Part shown: piece after piece, positions 18,695 through 28,768 of the stretch
How the letters are laid out: every line of letters starts with the position of its first letter
Numbering within the stretch: position 1 is the stretch's first letter
IMG/VR virus record: IMGVR_UViG_3300045303_000221
Coordinates: 1 to 64,000 of that record
Direction: 5' to 3' (one strand)
Length of the DNA: 64,000 nt
Source of the DNA: a virus
The notes under the pieces: generated by a model
The model's database searches: none
Told to the model about the DNA's origin: nothing
The model's input: the letters and a program-made list of their open reading frames with translations, nothing else
Translations under genes and position numbers: made by a program

Positions 18695-19207
18695 GATGGG
18701 CCTTACCCTCGTGATGACCGACGACCGGCCCGACAGCCTCGACATGGACGTTGAGCGCGCCTACGAGGGCCGCGCCGAAGACACCTACGATCTGCTCGCC
18801 CGCGAGGCGCGCAGGGACGCGGTGCGGCGCGCGAAGAAGAAGCGGCAGTCCCTCGCGCTGGCCGTCGCGTCGTTCCTGATGATGCACCTGGCGCTGTGGA
18901 CGAACTCGTGGCAGGACTCGCACCGGCTCGACCTGGTGGCGCTCGCGTGGTCGGTCGCGCTGGCGGTGCTGGCCGTCATCGTCTACCCGAGGAAGGACTA
19001 GGTGGCCGGGTGGCCGTGCTCGTCCTCTCGTCGCTCCCAGACGAGCCGATCCTCCCGGCGGTGCTGTTCGTGCGGGAGTCGCCGGACGAGGTGGCGGCCA
19101 TGACGAACATGCCGGTGCGGCACGTGCTCGTGACGCTGCTCGGCGACGGCGAGCCGTGGTGGGTGAGGGCCGACGCGATCACACTCATCCAACCCGACAC
19201 ACCCGCG

Positions 19208-19268
19208 TGAGCACACAGCGTGTGTTACGCTGCGTGTCATCGTGGCGGAATAGACCGCCAGAGAGGAG
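19208..19268 (+). promoter_or_regulatory. Repeated cassette upstream of ssb
   Basis: GCACACAGCGTGTGT-TACGCT, TGGCGG/CCGCCA hairpin, AGAGAGGAG. Confidence 0.75.
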
Positions 19269-19277
19269 ACATCACCC

Positions 19278-19721
19278 ATGAGCATGTTCGCCGTGAACAA
19301 GGTCGTCTTGTTCGGGAACCTGACGCGCGACCCGGAACTGCGCACGACGCCGAGCGGGTACAGCGTGTGCGACCTGCGGCTCGCCGTGAACGAGAGCACG
19401 AAGGACAGAACGACGGACGAGTGGAAGGACCGCGCGAACTACTTCAACGTCGTGGTCTGGGGCAAGATGGGCGAGTTCGTCGCCCGCGAGGCCGCGAAGG
19501 GCACGCCGATGCTGATCGAGGGCAGGCTGCGCTGGGAGGAGTGGGAGGACTCCACGTCCGGCCAGAAGCGGCAGGCCGTGAAGATCATCGCCGACAAGGC
19601 GATTCCCGTCGGACGGCGCGAGCGCAACGGCGAACCGGCGACGAAGCGGCCGACGGACGAGGGCGGCCCGTGGGACGCGGGCGCACCGGCCTCCGGCATT
19701 GACGACGATATCCCGTTCTAG
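19278..19721 (+). CDS. ssb: Single-stranded DNA-binding protein
   Basis: NKVVLFGNLTRDPELRTTPSG...IEGRL...DDDIPF C-terminus. Confidence 0.97.
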   Translation: MSMFAVNKVVLFGNLTRDPELRTTPSGYSVCDLRLAVNESTKDRTTDEWKDRANYFNVVVWGKMGEFVAREAAKGTPMLIEGRLRWEEWEDSTSGQKRQAVKIIADKAIPVGRRERNGEPATKRPTDEGGPWDAGAPASGIDDDIPF

Positions 19722-20080
19722 CTTGTAAGTCCTAACGGTACGGCCTGCGAGTGAGTGGGCAGAGAGGGGTCCGAGGTGTCGATCCTGTGTGACTTCGGGG
19801 CGGGCTGTGACGAGCCGCGGTGGTTTTACCCGGCAGAGTCCTTCACGTTCCGGCTGCCTATCGCGGGTGCTCGTCCACACGAGAGCACCGGCGGGTGGCT
19901 GGCGTGCGACCGTTGTCACGCGATGATCGAGGGCGGCGACTGGGTGTCGCTGGCGTGGTCGAGCATCCCGACCACGATGCGACAGGAGCACCGTCAGACC
20001 ACGTACCGATTCATGCGTGGGCTGCACGAGGCGTTCGTCGCCGCTCGGACTGGTCCGGCTGAACCGTTCCGAGGAGGGAC

Positions 20081-20497
20081 ATGAGGACGCTGAGAATCAC
20101 CCTGGCCGTCATAGCGACGGCGCTGACTGTTCCGGCGGTGGCAGACGCGCAATCGGTGGCGTCACTGGTACGACACGCGGGCGGCAACCCGTTCGCGTGC
20201 AACATGGGATCGAGGGCGTGGAGCGTGGCGGAGAACAAGTGCGTCGCGACGCTCGTGTTCGGGCCGCGGATCCGGAGGCAGGCGATGCGGATCATCCGGT
20301 GCGAGTCGAACTGGAACGAGCGCGACGTGAACGGATCGTCCGGCGCGTCCGGCCTCGGGCAGTTCCTCCGCTCGACCTGGCGGAACCTGCCGCGCCGGTT
20401 CTCGCGGCACTCGGTGTTCCACCCGGTGTGGAACCTGCGCGGGATGCGCTACCTGCGGATGCACGACGGCGATTTTCACCAGTGGGTGTGCCGGTAG
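20081..20497 (+). CDS. Secreted SLT/lytic transglycosylase-like protein
   Basis: Signal peptide; CES...NGSSGASGLGQF..STW...N catalytic motifs. Confidence 0.8.
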   Translation: MRTLRITLAVIATALTVPAVADAQSVASLVRHAGGNPFACNMGSRAWSVAENKCVATLVFGPRIRRQAMRIIRCESNWNERDVNGSSGASGLGQFLRSTWRNLPRRFSRHSVFHPVWNLRGMRYLRMHDGDFHQWVCR

Positions 20498-20562
20498 CTA
20501 GACTCACGGCGTGAGGCACGTCGGCGAGGGCTTCGGCGGTTACCGCCGACGTGCCTCACGCT

Positions 20563-20610
20563 TAGCGCAAGATGTGTGGTACAGTCCGGCTTGCCGACGA
20601 CGGCAGAGAG
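20563..20610 (+). promoter_or_regulatory. Repeated cassette with AGAGAGG about 60 nt upstream of the start codon
   Basis: TAGCGCAAGATGTGTGG-TACAGT, TGCCG/CGGCA hairpin, AGAGAGG; a separate GAGGAGG RBS precedes ATG 20674. Confidence 0.65.
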
Positions 20611-20673
20611 GTTCGGCCGTTGGAAGTAAAGGGCGCGGTGCAAGCGTCCGATAACGACCGAGGAGGTCACACG

Positions 20674-21114
20674 ATGCGTAGGTCCCTGCAGGGCGCTGCT
20701 CTGCTCGCCGCGATGGCGGCAACGATGGTCGGCACTGCTCAGGCTGACGCGAGCACGCCGTCGCTGAAGTCGCTGGCAAAGGCGGTCAAGAAGCTCCAGC
20801 ACGACAACAAGGTGCTGTCGAGCCGGATCAAGACGCAGGCGGCTGCGCTGAACGGGTTGGTCGGCTGCATGTCGGTCGTGAACCTGACGCAGTACGGGGC
20901 GGCAGACGGCACCTTCGGCTACATGTACGACGAGAACCCGTTCGATCCGACCGTGGTGCCGTTCGCGACCACCGGCATCGACGCGACGCAGGCTGGCGAC
21001 ACCGGCACCGGGTTCCTGATCGTCGGCTCCGACTGCGGCTCGACCGGACGCGCTGCGCGCGCCTTCGGACTGAGCACCTTCCCGATGGCGACGATCGCGA
21101 ACAGCGCTCGCTAG
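20674..21114 (+). CDS. Secreted protein with coiled coil
   Basis: MRRSLQGAALLAAMAATMVGTAQA signal peptide. Confidence 0.7.
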   Translation: MRRSLQGAALLAAMAATMVGTAQADASTPSLKSLAKAVKKLQHDNKVLSSRIKTQAAALNGLVGCMSVVNLTQYGAADGTFGYMYDENPFDPTVVPFATTGIDATQAGDTGTGFLIVGSDCGSTGRAARAFGLSTFPMATIANSAR

Positions 21115-21125
21115 CCGTCAAGGAT

Positions 21126-21324
21126 CTCACGGGACCCCTCACCCGCCGGTCGCCGACTCTCCCCAAGGAAGCGACCGACTGAGTTCCGTGAGCACGGGCG
21201 TGCTGCTCCCCTCCGCGTTCCTCCTCTCCGCGGTGGGGAGCGCCGCCCACTAGATACCCTCGGCCGGAGCGGCTGAGGTTCCACCGAACGCCGTCGCGTC
21301 TTGCCCCTGACGCGGCGGCGTTCG
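21126..21324 (+). ncRNA. Putative structured RNA: four tandem hairpins with pyrimidine-rich loops
   Basis: Stems CTCACGGGA/TTCCGTGAG, GCTCCCC/GGGGAGC, CCTCGGCCG/CGGCTGAGG and a 16-bp stem; G-U pairs favour the + strand. Confidence 0.5.
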
Positions 21325-21337
21325 CTATGCTCGGCGC

Positions 21338-21670
21338 GTGGAGCGCCAGTACGGGTACATCATGCGCACGCGCGGCGGAGAGAGCTTCCGCTGCTACTAC
21401 GAGACGGTGCCGTCGGAGATGATCGGCCACGCCGAGGAGCGGGCGCGGATCGCGAGCCTGGAGCGCTCCGGGTACACGGCGGTGATGTTCTACTCGGCCG
21501 GGGCCGACGATGCGCTGGGTGGGCTGGCGAAGGACTACGGCACGACGCTCACGGAGGCGGAGTTCGTGGCCGCTCGCGAGGCGGGATGGCCGGACAGTCG
21601 CCCGGCTCCGCGGACGCACACGATCGCTGTCGGCGGATCGCTGGACGCACGCGGCGAAGCGGACTCCTGA
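21338..21670 (+). CDS. Hypothetical protein (leaderless)
   Basis: TATGCT-N6-GTG start. Confidence 0.6.
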   Translation: MERQYGYIMRTRGGESFRCYYETVPSEMIGHAEERARIASLERSGYTAVMFYSAGADDALGGLAKDYGTTLTEAEFVAAREAGWPDSRPAPRTHTIAVGGSLDARGEADS

Positions 21671-21974
21671 GCCGCTGCGCGTGGCTCGGGGGCGCTACCG
21701 GATCACGGTGTGGTATCTGTCGCGCGAGCACTTGCTCGGCGGCGTCCCGAGGGCATCGACCAGCGTGAGGCGTCCACCGCTGGAGCGGGTCTGGACGTTC
21801 GCCGCGTCCGGGCCTCCGCCGCCGCCCGAGCGGGCCTCTCGGTGGTGCGTCCGCTACCGGCCGAAGGGCGGCGAGGCGGTCGAGGTAACGCTCGACATGA
21901 GGTTCGTGCTGGACGTAGAGGCGTTGTCCGGTGCGCCGAAACCTCCATAATGCTCGCAACTAGGGAGGTGGTAG

Positions 21975-22856
21975 TTGAAGGGTTTCATCGCAAGGCTCGC
22001 CGCGCTCTCACTGGCGGCGGGGTTCGGACTGGCGCTGCCAGCCATCGCGTCCGCCAACCAGGTGCCGGGGAATCCGCCGCAGTCGCCGTGTGCGCACGGC
22101 AACCCGACGGACCTGTGCGACCGGGTGGCGATCGTGGTGGAGCCGCCGGGCGCGAACTGCCCGAACGGCGGCCTGAAGGTGATCGTCGTGAACGGGCTGC
22201 TGGACTCGGACCCGATGGCTCACAACAAGCGCAAGCCCCGGGACCCGGCGGACGAGGTGTTCTTCGTCTGCAACGGTGCTGACGGGCAGCCTGGGCCGCC
22301 TGGTCCTCCTGGCCCGGCTGGGCCGCCTGGTACGTCGCCGGTGATCACGGCGGAGCCTGCGGGCGCGAACTGCGCGGCGGGGGGCGTGAAGATCACGATG
22401 CCCGGCACGCCGCCTGCGCCGGACGAGACGTTCTTCATCTGTAACGGCGTGGCCGGTCCTCCTGGCCCGGCCGGTCCTCCTGGCCCGGCTGGTCCTCCTG
22501 GCCCGGCTGGTCCCGGCGGCACGCCGGGCACCGCTCCGTGCGTGTCGAACAGGGTCGCGTCGTGGCACGTGATCGTGCGGCGCAACGTCCGGGTGAGCCG
22601 GGTGCGGGCCACGTTCAACGGCCGCCGGACCACCCTGAACCCGACCAGGACGCGGCGCGGTCTGGTCTTCTACCGGGTGCGGGTTGACATGCGCGGCTTG
22701 CAGTCGGGCGTGTACGTGGCGCGGATTCGGTACACGTTCCGGCGGGTCGGCTCGACCCGGCGGATCCCGCGCACGAAGGTGCACTACTACCGCGTGGGCT
22801 GCCCCGGCCAGTACGGTCCGGGGGGTCTGAACCTGAACGAACTCACGGTTCTGTAG
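21975..22856 (+). CDS. Secreted collagen-like protein with two EP.GANC..GG repeats
   Basis: Signal peptide; GPP triplets; duplicated Cys modules. Confidence 0.75.
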   Translation: MKGFIARLAALSLAAGFGLALPAIASANQVPGNPPQSPCAHGNPTDLCDRVAIVVEPPGANCPNGGLKVIVVNGLLDSDPMAHNKRKPRDPADEVFFVCNGADGQPGPPGPPGPAGPPGTSPVITAEPAGANCAAGGVKITMPGTPPAPDETFFICNGVAGPPGPAGPPGPAGPPGPAGPGGTPGTAPCVSNRVASWHVIVRRNVRVSRVRATFNGRRTTLNPTRTRRGLVFYRVRVDMRGLQSGVYVARIRYTFRRVGSTRRIPRTKVHYYRVGCPGQYGPGGLNLNELTVL

Positions 22857-22926
22857 GCTGCGGGGAGGCCCCGGAGTATGCGGCTCCGGGGTCGCCCCGT
22901 CCTCTAACTCGCATCGTGCGCCATGA

Positions 22927-22978
22927 ATCGCGGCGTGTGCTAGTCTTAGCGTGACCGGAGAGGCCGGTCAGAGAGGAG
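22927..22978 (+). promoter_or_regulatory. Repeated cassette
   Basis: GCGTGTGC-TAGTCT, TGACCGG-AGAGG-CCGGTCA, GAGAGGAG. Confidence 0.7.
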
Positions 22979-22984
22979 TACGAC

Positions 22985-23866
22985 ATGGCACAAGTCACGT
23001 ACGTGAAGAAGGCGCAGGCGCGCTACAAGATGGTGCCGGTGATCGATCCGGCGACCGGCGAGCAGAAGGTCACGCCGGTGATGCGCGCGGACGGCACGCC
23101 GAAGGTCACGAAGCACGGCCACCAGGTCGTGATGCGGCAGACGGTCGCCGACCGGACGCAGCCGCTGCCGCCGCTGGTCTGCGAGTTCTGCAACGAGCCG
23201 ATCGAGGTCGGCACCCCGTACAAGCACGTGTCCCCGAAGTCGGGGCCGTACGGCGGGTATCAGCGCAACCGACACAAGGACTGCCCGGGCTGGCAGGCGT
23301 GGGATCTGACGAACGCCTGGTGGGCGCGCATCGCGCGCGCCACGAGCGGCTTCGACGTGTCGGAGTTCATGGACAACCCGGACGAGTCGTCCGTGGAGAA
23401 CATCCGAGGGGCGCTGGAGCAGGTCGCGGACGAGGTGCGCGGCCTGGCCGAGGAGAGCCGCGAGACGGCCTCCAACATCGAGCAGGGCTTCGGCCACTCC
23501 ACGCAGCAGTCGCAGGAGGCCGAGGATCGCGCCGACGCGCTGGAGGCGTGGGCGGACGAGATCGCCGAGGCCGACCTGCCCGACTTCCCCGAGGCCGAGA
23601 CGGAGACGGAGACGCGGTGGTTCGTGATCAACGTGGACGGCTCCGGCGACGTGGCCGAGGACACGCCGGAAGGCTTCGATGACGAGGCCGAGGCTCGGCG
23701 CTACATGAACGGCATCATCGAGCGCTACCCGCAGGCCAAGGACGACATGGAGCTTGAGTCGCGCGAGGTCGAGGTCACCGGCGACGAGCCGACCGAGGAA
23801 CAGATCGAGAACTGGCGCTCCGAGGTGGAGTCCGCCATCGGGATCGTGGATGAGTCCCCTGTCTAG
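22985..23866 (+). CDS. Phage protein with zinc-binding N-terminus and acidic coiled-coil C-terminus
   Basis: CEFC...IEVGTPY...HKDC; very Glu/Asp-rich tail. Confidence 0.75.
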   Translation: MAQVTYVKKAQARYKMVPVIDPATGEQKVTPVMRADGTPKVTKHGHQVVMRQTVADRTQPLPPLVCEFCNEPIEVGTPYKHVSPKSGPYGGYQRNRHKDCPGWQAWDLTNAWWARIARATSGFDVSEFMDNPDESSVENIRGALEQVADEVRGLAEESRETASNIEQGFGHSTQQSQEAEDRADALEAWADEIAEADLPDFPEAETETETRWFVINVDGSGDVAEDTPEGFDDEAEARRYMNGIIERYPQAKDDMELESREVEVTGDEPTEEQIENWRSEVESAIGIVDESPV

Positions 23867-24167
23867 TGGGACGCCGGGGCCACAGGATCATCTCCCGCGG
23901 GCCTCTGTCCGCGGGCGTGATCCGTCCCGGGGACGAGTGGGTACTGGTGGAGCTTCGGGACGGCGTGTGGAACGTCTCGCTGCTCCATCAGCCCCCTCGC
24001 GGCTACCCGACGGAGGTGTGCCGGTGCGAGCGGCGCACGCGGTGGGGCGCGGGTCGAGCAGCGCGACGGATGCTGGACGGCTGGCGGCCACGAGGTCGGA
24101 AGCCGCGGGAGTGGACGGTGCACCCGTGGTGACAGAACGTGCGACACTGACCCCCCAGGAGGGGACG

Positions 24168-24524
24168 ATGCGAACGGGACCACGGAAGACGAGGGACGTG
24201 CTGCGGCGGCGTCTGGAGCACCTGGAGGCGAGGATCAGCGCCTCGCGGTCTTCGGATGGCGTGGACCTGTCGTTCGACCGCGCTGAATGCGCGGCCCTGC
24301 GCTCCGCGATCCACGCTGTGGAGCGGACGATCATCCCCACGGAGGGGACGGCGCTGGTGCTGCGCGATGGCCGGGACGGCGGCGCGCAGTTGCTGCTCGT
24401 GACGGACGGCGACGAGGTGGCCGAGGTGAATGCCTCGATCATCGATGGCCGGGTGCAGCTTGTCGCGAAGGGCGACGTGCTGGTGCGCTGGGACAGCGAG
24501 GTCGAGAGCGCGGACGTAGGCTGA
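24168..24524 (+). CDS. Hypothetical protein
   Basis: AGGAGG RBS. Confidence 0.6.
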   Translation: MRTGPRKTRDVLRRRLEHLEARISASRSSDGVDLSFDRAECAALRSAIHAVERTIIPTEGTALVLRDGRDGGAQLLLVTDGDEVAEVNASIIDGRVQLVAKGDVLVRWDSEVESADVG

Positions 24525-24526
24525 GC

Positions 24527-25861
24527 GTGGAGTGGGCGCTGGACGACGGCGACGTGCGGATCGCGCTGGGCGACGCGGCAGAGCGGCTGCGCGAGATGGC
24601 CTCGGGGTCGGTGCAGATGGTCTGCTCCAGCCCGCCGTTCTGGGGTCTACGCGACTACGGGACGGGCACATGGGAGGGCGGCGATCCGGAGCATGAGCAC
24701 GACCGGGTGGGCGCACGCGGCGGTAGGGGCGGCTCCGGATCGCCGGGCAAGAACACGGTCGGCGCGACCCCGGCGACGGTGCCGGTGCCGGAGTGCTCGT
24801 GCGGCGCGCTCTACGTTGATCCGCAGATCGGGATGGAGGAGACGCCGGACGAGTGGGCGGCGCGGCTCGTGGGCGTGTACCGCGAGTGCCGCCGCGTGCT
24901 CCGCGACGACGGCGTGATGTTCGTGGAGGTCGGCGACAGCTACTCCGGGACTCCCCACTGGGGAGGGAACAACGGTCTGGGTCATCCTCCGACCGATGCG
25001 CAGGCCGGTGGGCAGAGGGGGGCGCGTCGGAGCAACGTCGCCGACGCGATCAAGCCGAAGGACATGATCGGCCAGCCGTGGCTGCTCGCGTTCGCGCTCC
25101 GTGCCGACGGGTGGTTCCTGCGCTCGGAGATCATCTGGGCGAAGGCGAACCCGATGCCCGAGTCCGTCACGGACCGCGTGACGCGGGCGCACTCCACGGT
25201 GTTCATGCTGTCGAAGCGGCCACGCTACTTCTGGGACGCGGACGCGATTCGCGAGGCGTACATCATGGACGGCCGGAAGGTGACGACGGTGACCGGCACC
25301 GACGCTTCTGCGCAGCACCGCGACGGCGAGCGGTGGCCGAACCCAATGGGCGCGAACGCCCGCAGCGTGTGGACTCTCGCGACCGAGCCGACGCCGTTCG
25401 CGCACTTCGCCACCTGGCCGCAGGCGCTGGTCGAGCGGATGGTGAAGGCGAGCACGAGCGAGTACGGATGCTGCGTGGCGTGCGGCGCTCCGTGGCGGCG
25501 CGTGGTGGAGCGCGAGGGCGAGTCCACTGGGGAGCGGCTGGCCCGGAAGACGAAGCGGGACGCCGCCGCGCCGATCGCACCGCGTAGCGATGGCGGCTTG
25601 ACGCAGCACGCGGCGGGGAGCCTGCTCGCCGTTCCCCGCGAGGCTCGGATGGTCGGCTGGGAGCCGACGTGCCAGTGCGGCGTCGGCCCGGAGACGATCC
25701 CGGCGACGCGGCCGTGCGTGGTGCTCGACCCGTTCATGGGATCGGGCACAACGGCGCTGGTCGCGCGGCGGCTCGGGAGGCACGCCGTCGGGGTGGAGTT
25801 GAACCCGGACTACCTGGGCATCGCGGCGCGGCGGCTCCAGCAGTTGTCGCTGCTCGCGTGA
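24527..25861 (+). CDS. DNA methyltransferase (N4-C/N6-A, beta class)
   Basis: CSSPPFWG catalytic motif, IIWAKANPMPESV, HFATWP, VLDPFMGSGTT...GVELNPDY. Confidence 0.93.
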   Translation: MEWALDDGDVRIALGDAAERLREMASGSVQMVCSSPPFWGLRDYGTGTWEGGDPEHEHDRVGARGGRGGSGSPGKNTVGATPATVPVPECSCGALYVDPQIGMEETPDEWAARLVGVYRECRRVLRDDGVMFVEVGDSYSGTPHWGGNNGLGHPPTDAQAGGQRGARRSNVADAIKPKDMIGQPWLLAFALRADGWFLRSEIIWAKANPMPESVTDRVTRAHSTVFMLSKRPRYFWDADAIREAYIMDGRKVTTVTGTDASAQHRDGERWPNPMGANARSVWTLATEPTPFAHFATWPQALVERMVKASTSEYGCCVACGAPWRRVVEREGESTGERLARKTKRDAAAPIAPRSDGGLTQHAAGSLLAVPREARMVGWEPTCQCGVGPETIPATRPCVVLDPFMGSGTTALVARRLGRHAVGVELNPDYLGIAARRLQQLSLLA

Positions 25862-25898
25862 CCCCGCTGTGATCGTTGGTCGTGTACGCTCGCAGTCG

Positions 25899-26399
25899 AT
25901 GGCGGACCGTGGGCGTCACGAGCGGCAAGAGGTGGAACGGCGGGTGGCCCGAGAGCTAGGCCGGATCGCCGACGCCCTGGAGGCGCGCGTGCGTCGGCGC
26001 GACAAACTGCCCGCGTGGGCGGAGAGGATGGAAGCGAAGATGGCGGATCTCGATCAGGCGATTCTCGACCTGCAGGCGGCAACGAAGTCGGTCGTGGAGG
26101 ACGCGAAGAACGCGGTCGTGAACGAGCTTCACCGGCTCTCGGACGAGGTGCGCAACGCGCCCGACACGGACGCGGCGGCCGAGAAGATCAGCGCGGTAGC
26201 GGAGTCGCTGTCGCAGGCGGCGGTGGACATGAAGTCGGCGGTGGACGAGACGGACGGCGACGAAGCCGCTCCGGCCGACCCCGGCACCGGCGAGGCTCCG
26301 GCGGACGGCACAGCGGAGCCGCTGCCCGACCTGCCCGGCGACCCGGTGAACACCGAGGATCTGGGCACCGGCGACGGCGGCGACCTCCCCCCCGCCTGA
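25899..26399 (+). CDS. Coiled-coil protein with acidic tail
   Basis: Helical ORF followed by a UCCG-loop hairpin at 26426-26451. Confidence 0.6.
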   Translation: MADRGRHERQEVERRVARELGRIADALEARVRRRDKLPAWAERMEAKMADLDQAILDLQAATKSVVEDAKNAVVNELHRLSDEVRNAPDTDAAAEKISAVAESLSQAAVDMKSAVDETDGDEAAPADPGTGEAPADGTAEPLPDLPGDPVNTEDLGTGDGGDLPPA

Positions 26400-26456
26400 C
26401 CGACCCCTCACGCCCGATGATGTAGCGAAGCCCGGCTCCGGCCGGGCTTCGTCGTT

Positions 26457-26510
26457 CTAGCTCACGACGTGTTATACTTGGGGTGCGGGGAGAGTCCCCG
26501 CAGAGAGGAG
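26457..26510 (+). promoter_or_regulatory. Repeated cassette
   Basis: CTAGCTCACGACGTGT-TATACT, GCGGGG-AGAGT-CCCCGC, AGAGAGGAG. Confidence 0.85.
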
Positions 26511-26519
26511 ACGCAGGAC

Positions 26520-26996
26520 ATGACCCGACGGTATGTGAGTTGCGCGGAGACGGCGAAGCTGGTTCGCGCCGCACTCAAGGCGAAGTTCCCGGGGGTGAAG
26601 TTCTCGGTCCGATCCCACACCTACTCGGGTGGGGCGTCGATCGACGTGACGTGGCTGGATGGGCCGACCGGCAAGGACGTGGCGCTGGTGACGGAGCTTT
26701 ACCGCGGCTCGACCTTCGACGGGATGATCGATCTGAGGACGAGCCACACGACGCTGCTCGCCAGCCCGGACGGGTCGGTCGAGGAGGTTCACTTCGCAGC
26801 GGACTACGTGTTCACGCACCGCAACCTGTCGCCGGAGTTCCAGGCGACCCTGGGCGCGATGTACGAGGCGGAGTACGGCGCGGTGTACGACCGCGAGGCG
26901 TACGACAACAGCGCCGACCACTACTACCGCAAGCTCGTGAGCGAGACGTGGGGGCCGCTGCGGAAGGTCGCGAAGATGGAAGGGGCGACGAGGTGA
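26520..26996 (+). CDS. LPD29-like (large polyvalent protein-associated domain) protein
   Basis: ETAKLVRAALK..FPGVKFSVRS..YSGGASIDV.W.DGPT...FDGMID. Confidence 0.75.
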   Translation: MTRRYVSCAETAKLVRAALKAKFPGVKFSVRSHTYSGGASIDVTWLDGPTGKDVALVTELYRGSTFDGMIDLRTSHTTLLASPDGSVEEVHFAADYVFTHRNLSPEFQATLGAMYEAEYGAVYDREAYDNSADHYYRKLVSETWGPLRKVAKMEGATR

Positions 26997-27286
26997 AGAC
27001 CTCCATCCGGATCGCGCGGGTGCTGGACTCTGCGTCCGATCAGGTGCTCGCTTCCGGGGAGGGTGTGGAGGCCGCGATCGAACTCGGCATCCGCGCCGTC
27101 CCCCGCAACCAGGCCCCGACGAAGGCGGCTGTCATCGACCACCTGTGCATGTGGTGGAACGGCGTCGGTCAGATGAAGTCGAAGAACTACTGGACGTGGG
27201 ACCGCATCCGCGACTACTTCGACAACGCGCCGAACCGGGCGAGCCTGCTCAACCAGTGCGCCGACTTCTGGCGCGGAGGGAACTGA
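26993..27286 (+). CDS. Hypothetical protein
   Basis: GTGA overlap. Confidence 0.55.
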   Translation: MKTSIRIARVLDSASDQVLASGEGVEAAIELGIRAVPRNQAPTKAAVIDHLCMWWNGVGQMKSKNYWTWDRIRDYFDNAPNRASLLNQCADFWRGGN

Positions 27287-27467
27287 TGGCGATGAACAAG
27301 CGCGAAGGCATCCGCTACCACGTGGACGCGCTCCCGCACGGCCGGGGGCAGATGGTGGCCGACCTGATCGACGGCGGCAAGCTCGTGCAGACGTGGCCGG
27401 TCGGAAGCCCGGCCCCGTTCGACACGGTGCAGCGCGCGGCTGATGAGGCGAACGGCGAGCGCCGGGC

Positions 27468-27953
27468 ATGACGCTCGCGCCGGGTGATCGTGTCGCCTAC
27501 GAGGCGCACGGCAACTTCGTGGTGATCGGCGACGACCACTGGCCGGGCAGGATCGGCTACGTGCTCGCCGTCGATCAGTCCTCCGCCGCCGTCGTCTGGG
27601 AGGGCGGCAGCACGAGCACGCTGCCGTTCTCGCGGCTGCGGCTGATCGCGCCGGAGCGGTTCTGTCAGATGTGCTTCCGCAACGTGTACCTCGCGCACGG
27701 CGTGCAGACCGGGCACCTGATGGAGTGGGTGCCGGACAGCGAGGGCGAGGTGACGCTGATCGGCGGCCGGGCGGTGTCGCTGGATTCGACGGAGGCTGAC
27801 CGGCAGGTGCGGCGGCGGAAGATGATGCGCGCGAACGAGGAGATCAACAGGCTCGTCGCGCACTGGCGCATCTGCTCGTCGTCGCCGAAGTACGTGGGTG
27901 TACCATCCCGACGTGGCTCACGACGTAGGCCAACTAGCGATCACCCGTCCTGA
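27468..27953 (+). CDS. Hypothetical protein
   Basis: ORF in operon. Confidence 0.55.
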   Translation: MTLAPGDRVAYEAHGNFVVIGDDHWPGRIGYVLAVDQSSAAVVWEGGSTSTLPFSRLRLIAPERFCQMCFRNVYLAHGVQTGHLMEWVPDSEGEVTLIGGRAVSLDSTEADRQVRRRKMMRANEEINRLVAHWRICSSSPKYVGVPSRRGSRRRPTSDHPS

Positions 27954-28282
27954 GCGGGCCTGGGACGTGCACCGGCTGACCGAGCGTCAGCACGGCGTGC
28001 TGGAGTGGGCGCGGCTGCACGGCGACGTGCGTACCCGCGAGCTTCGCCGGGCGCATGGCTACTCGCGGCCGTCGGCGGCGTTGAAGGTGTTGGAGCGGCG
28101 GGGTCTGCTGCGGAAGGTCGGGCGCGGCCGGTACGTGCCGGTCGCCGCGCCGACCGAGGTGGCGGCATGAAGATGCTGGCGGCGCTCGGTCTGATCCTGT
28201 GGCTGGCCGCCGACTCGCGGTTCGGGCTGATCCTGTTCTCGGGCAGCCTCGCGCTGGCGCTGATGAGCAGCGGGAGGACGGC

Positions 28283-28768
28283 GTGACGACGGACGTGAAG
28301 CCGACGTTCACCGGGCCGGGCGGGAGCGCGTGGGAAGTGGCCGTGCCGGACGCGCCGGGCCACGGGCAGGTGTGCCAGTGGCTGCTGTTCGCGCCCACCG
28401 CGCACCCGTTCTGGAACTTCCACGTCATCACGGTCGCGCACCTGCTGCCGATCGAGGGCGTGAAGGACGCGCACGTCCAGTTCCCGGGCGCGTCGCACGA
28501 AATGCTCGTGCTGGCGCTCGATCCGGAGACGGAGGACGCGATCGACCCGGCTGACGCCGCGACGCAGAAGCAGTGGATGCAGCCGCCGGACGCCGTGGTG
28601 CAGTTCATCGTCGCGAACGACGAGCAGGCGTGCGCCGTGGCGCGGTTCTCGGCGCAGGCCGTGACGCAGGGACTGATCGCCCCGGACTCGGACTTCAGGC
28701 AAGCGTGGGAGGTGGGCGTGGCGGCGACGGCTGAGCACGTCCGGCTCGGCGAGCACCCGGAGGGCTGA
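28283..28768 (+). CDS. Hypothetical phage protein
   Basis: WLLFAPTAHPFW...GASHEMLVLALDP...LIAPDSD; coupled to the terminase. Confidence 0.65.
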   Translation: MTTDVKPTFTGPGGSAWEVAVPDAPGHGQVCQWLLFAPTAHPFWNFHVITVAHLLPIEGVKDAHVQFPGASHEMLVLALDPETEDAIDPADAATQKQWMQPPDAVVQFIVANDEQACAVARFSAQAVTQGLIAPDSDFRQAWEVGVAATAEHVRLGEHPEG

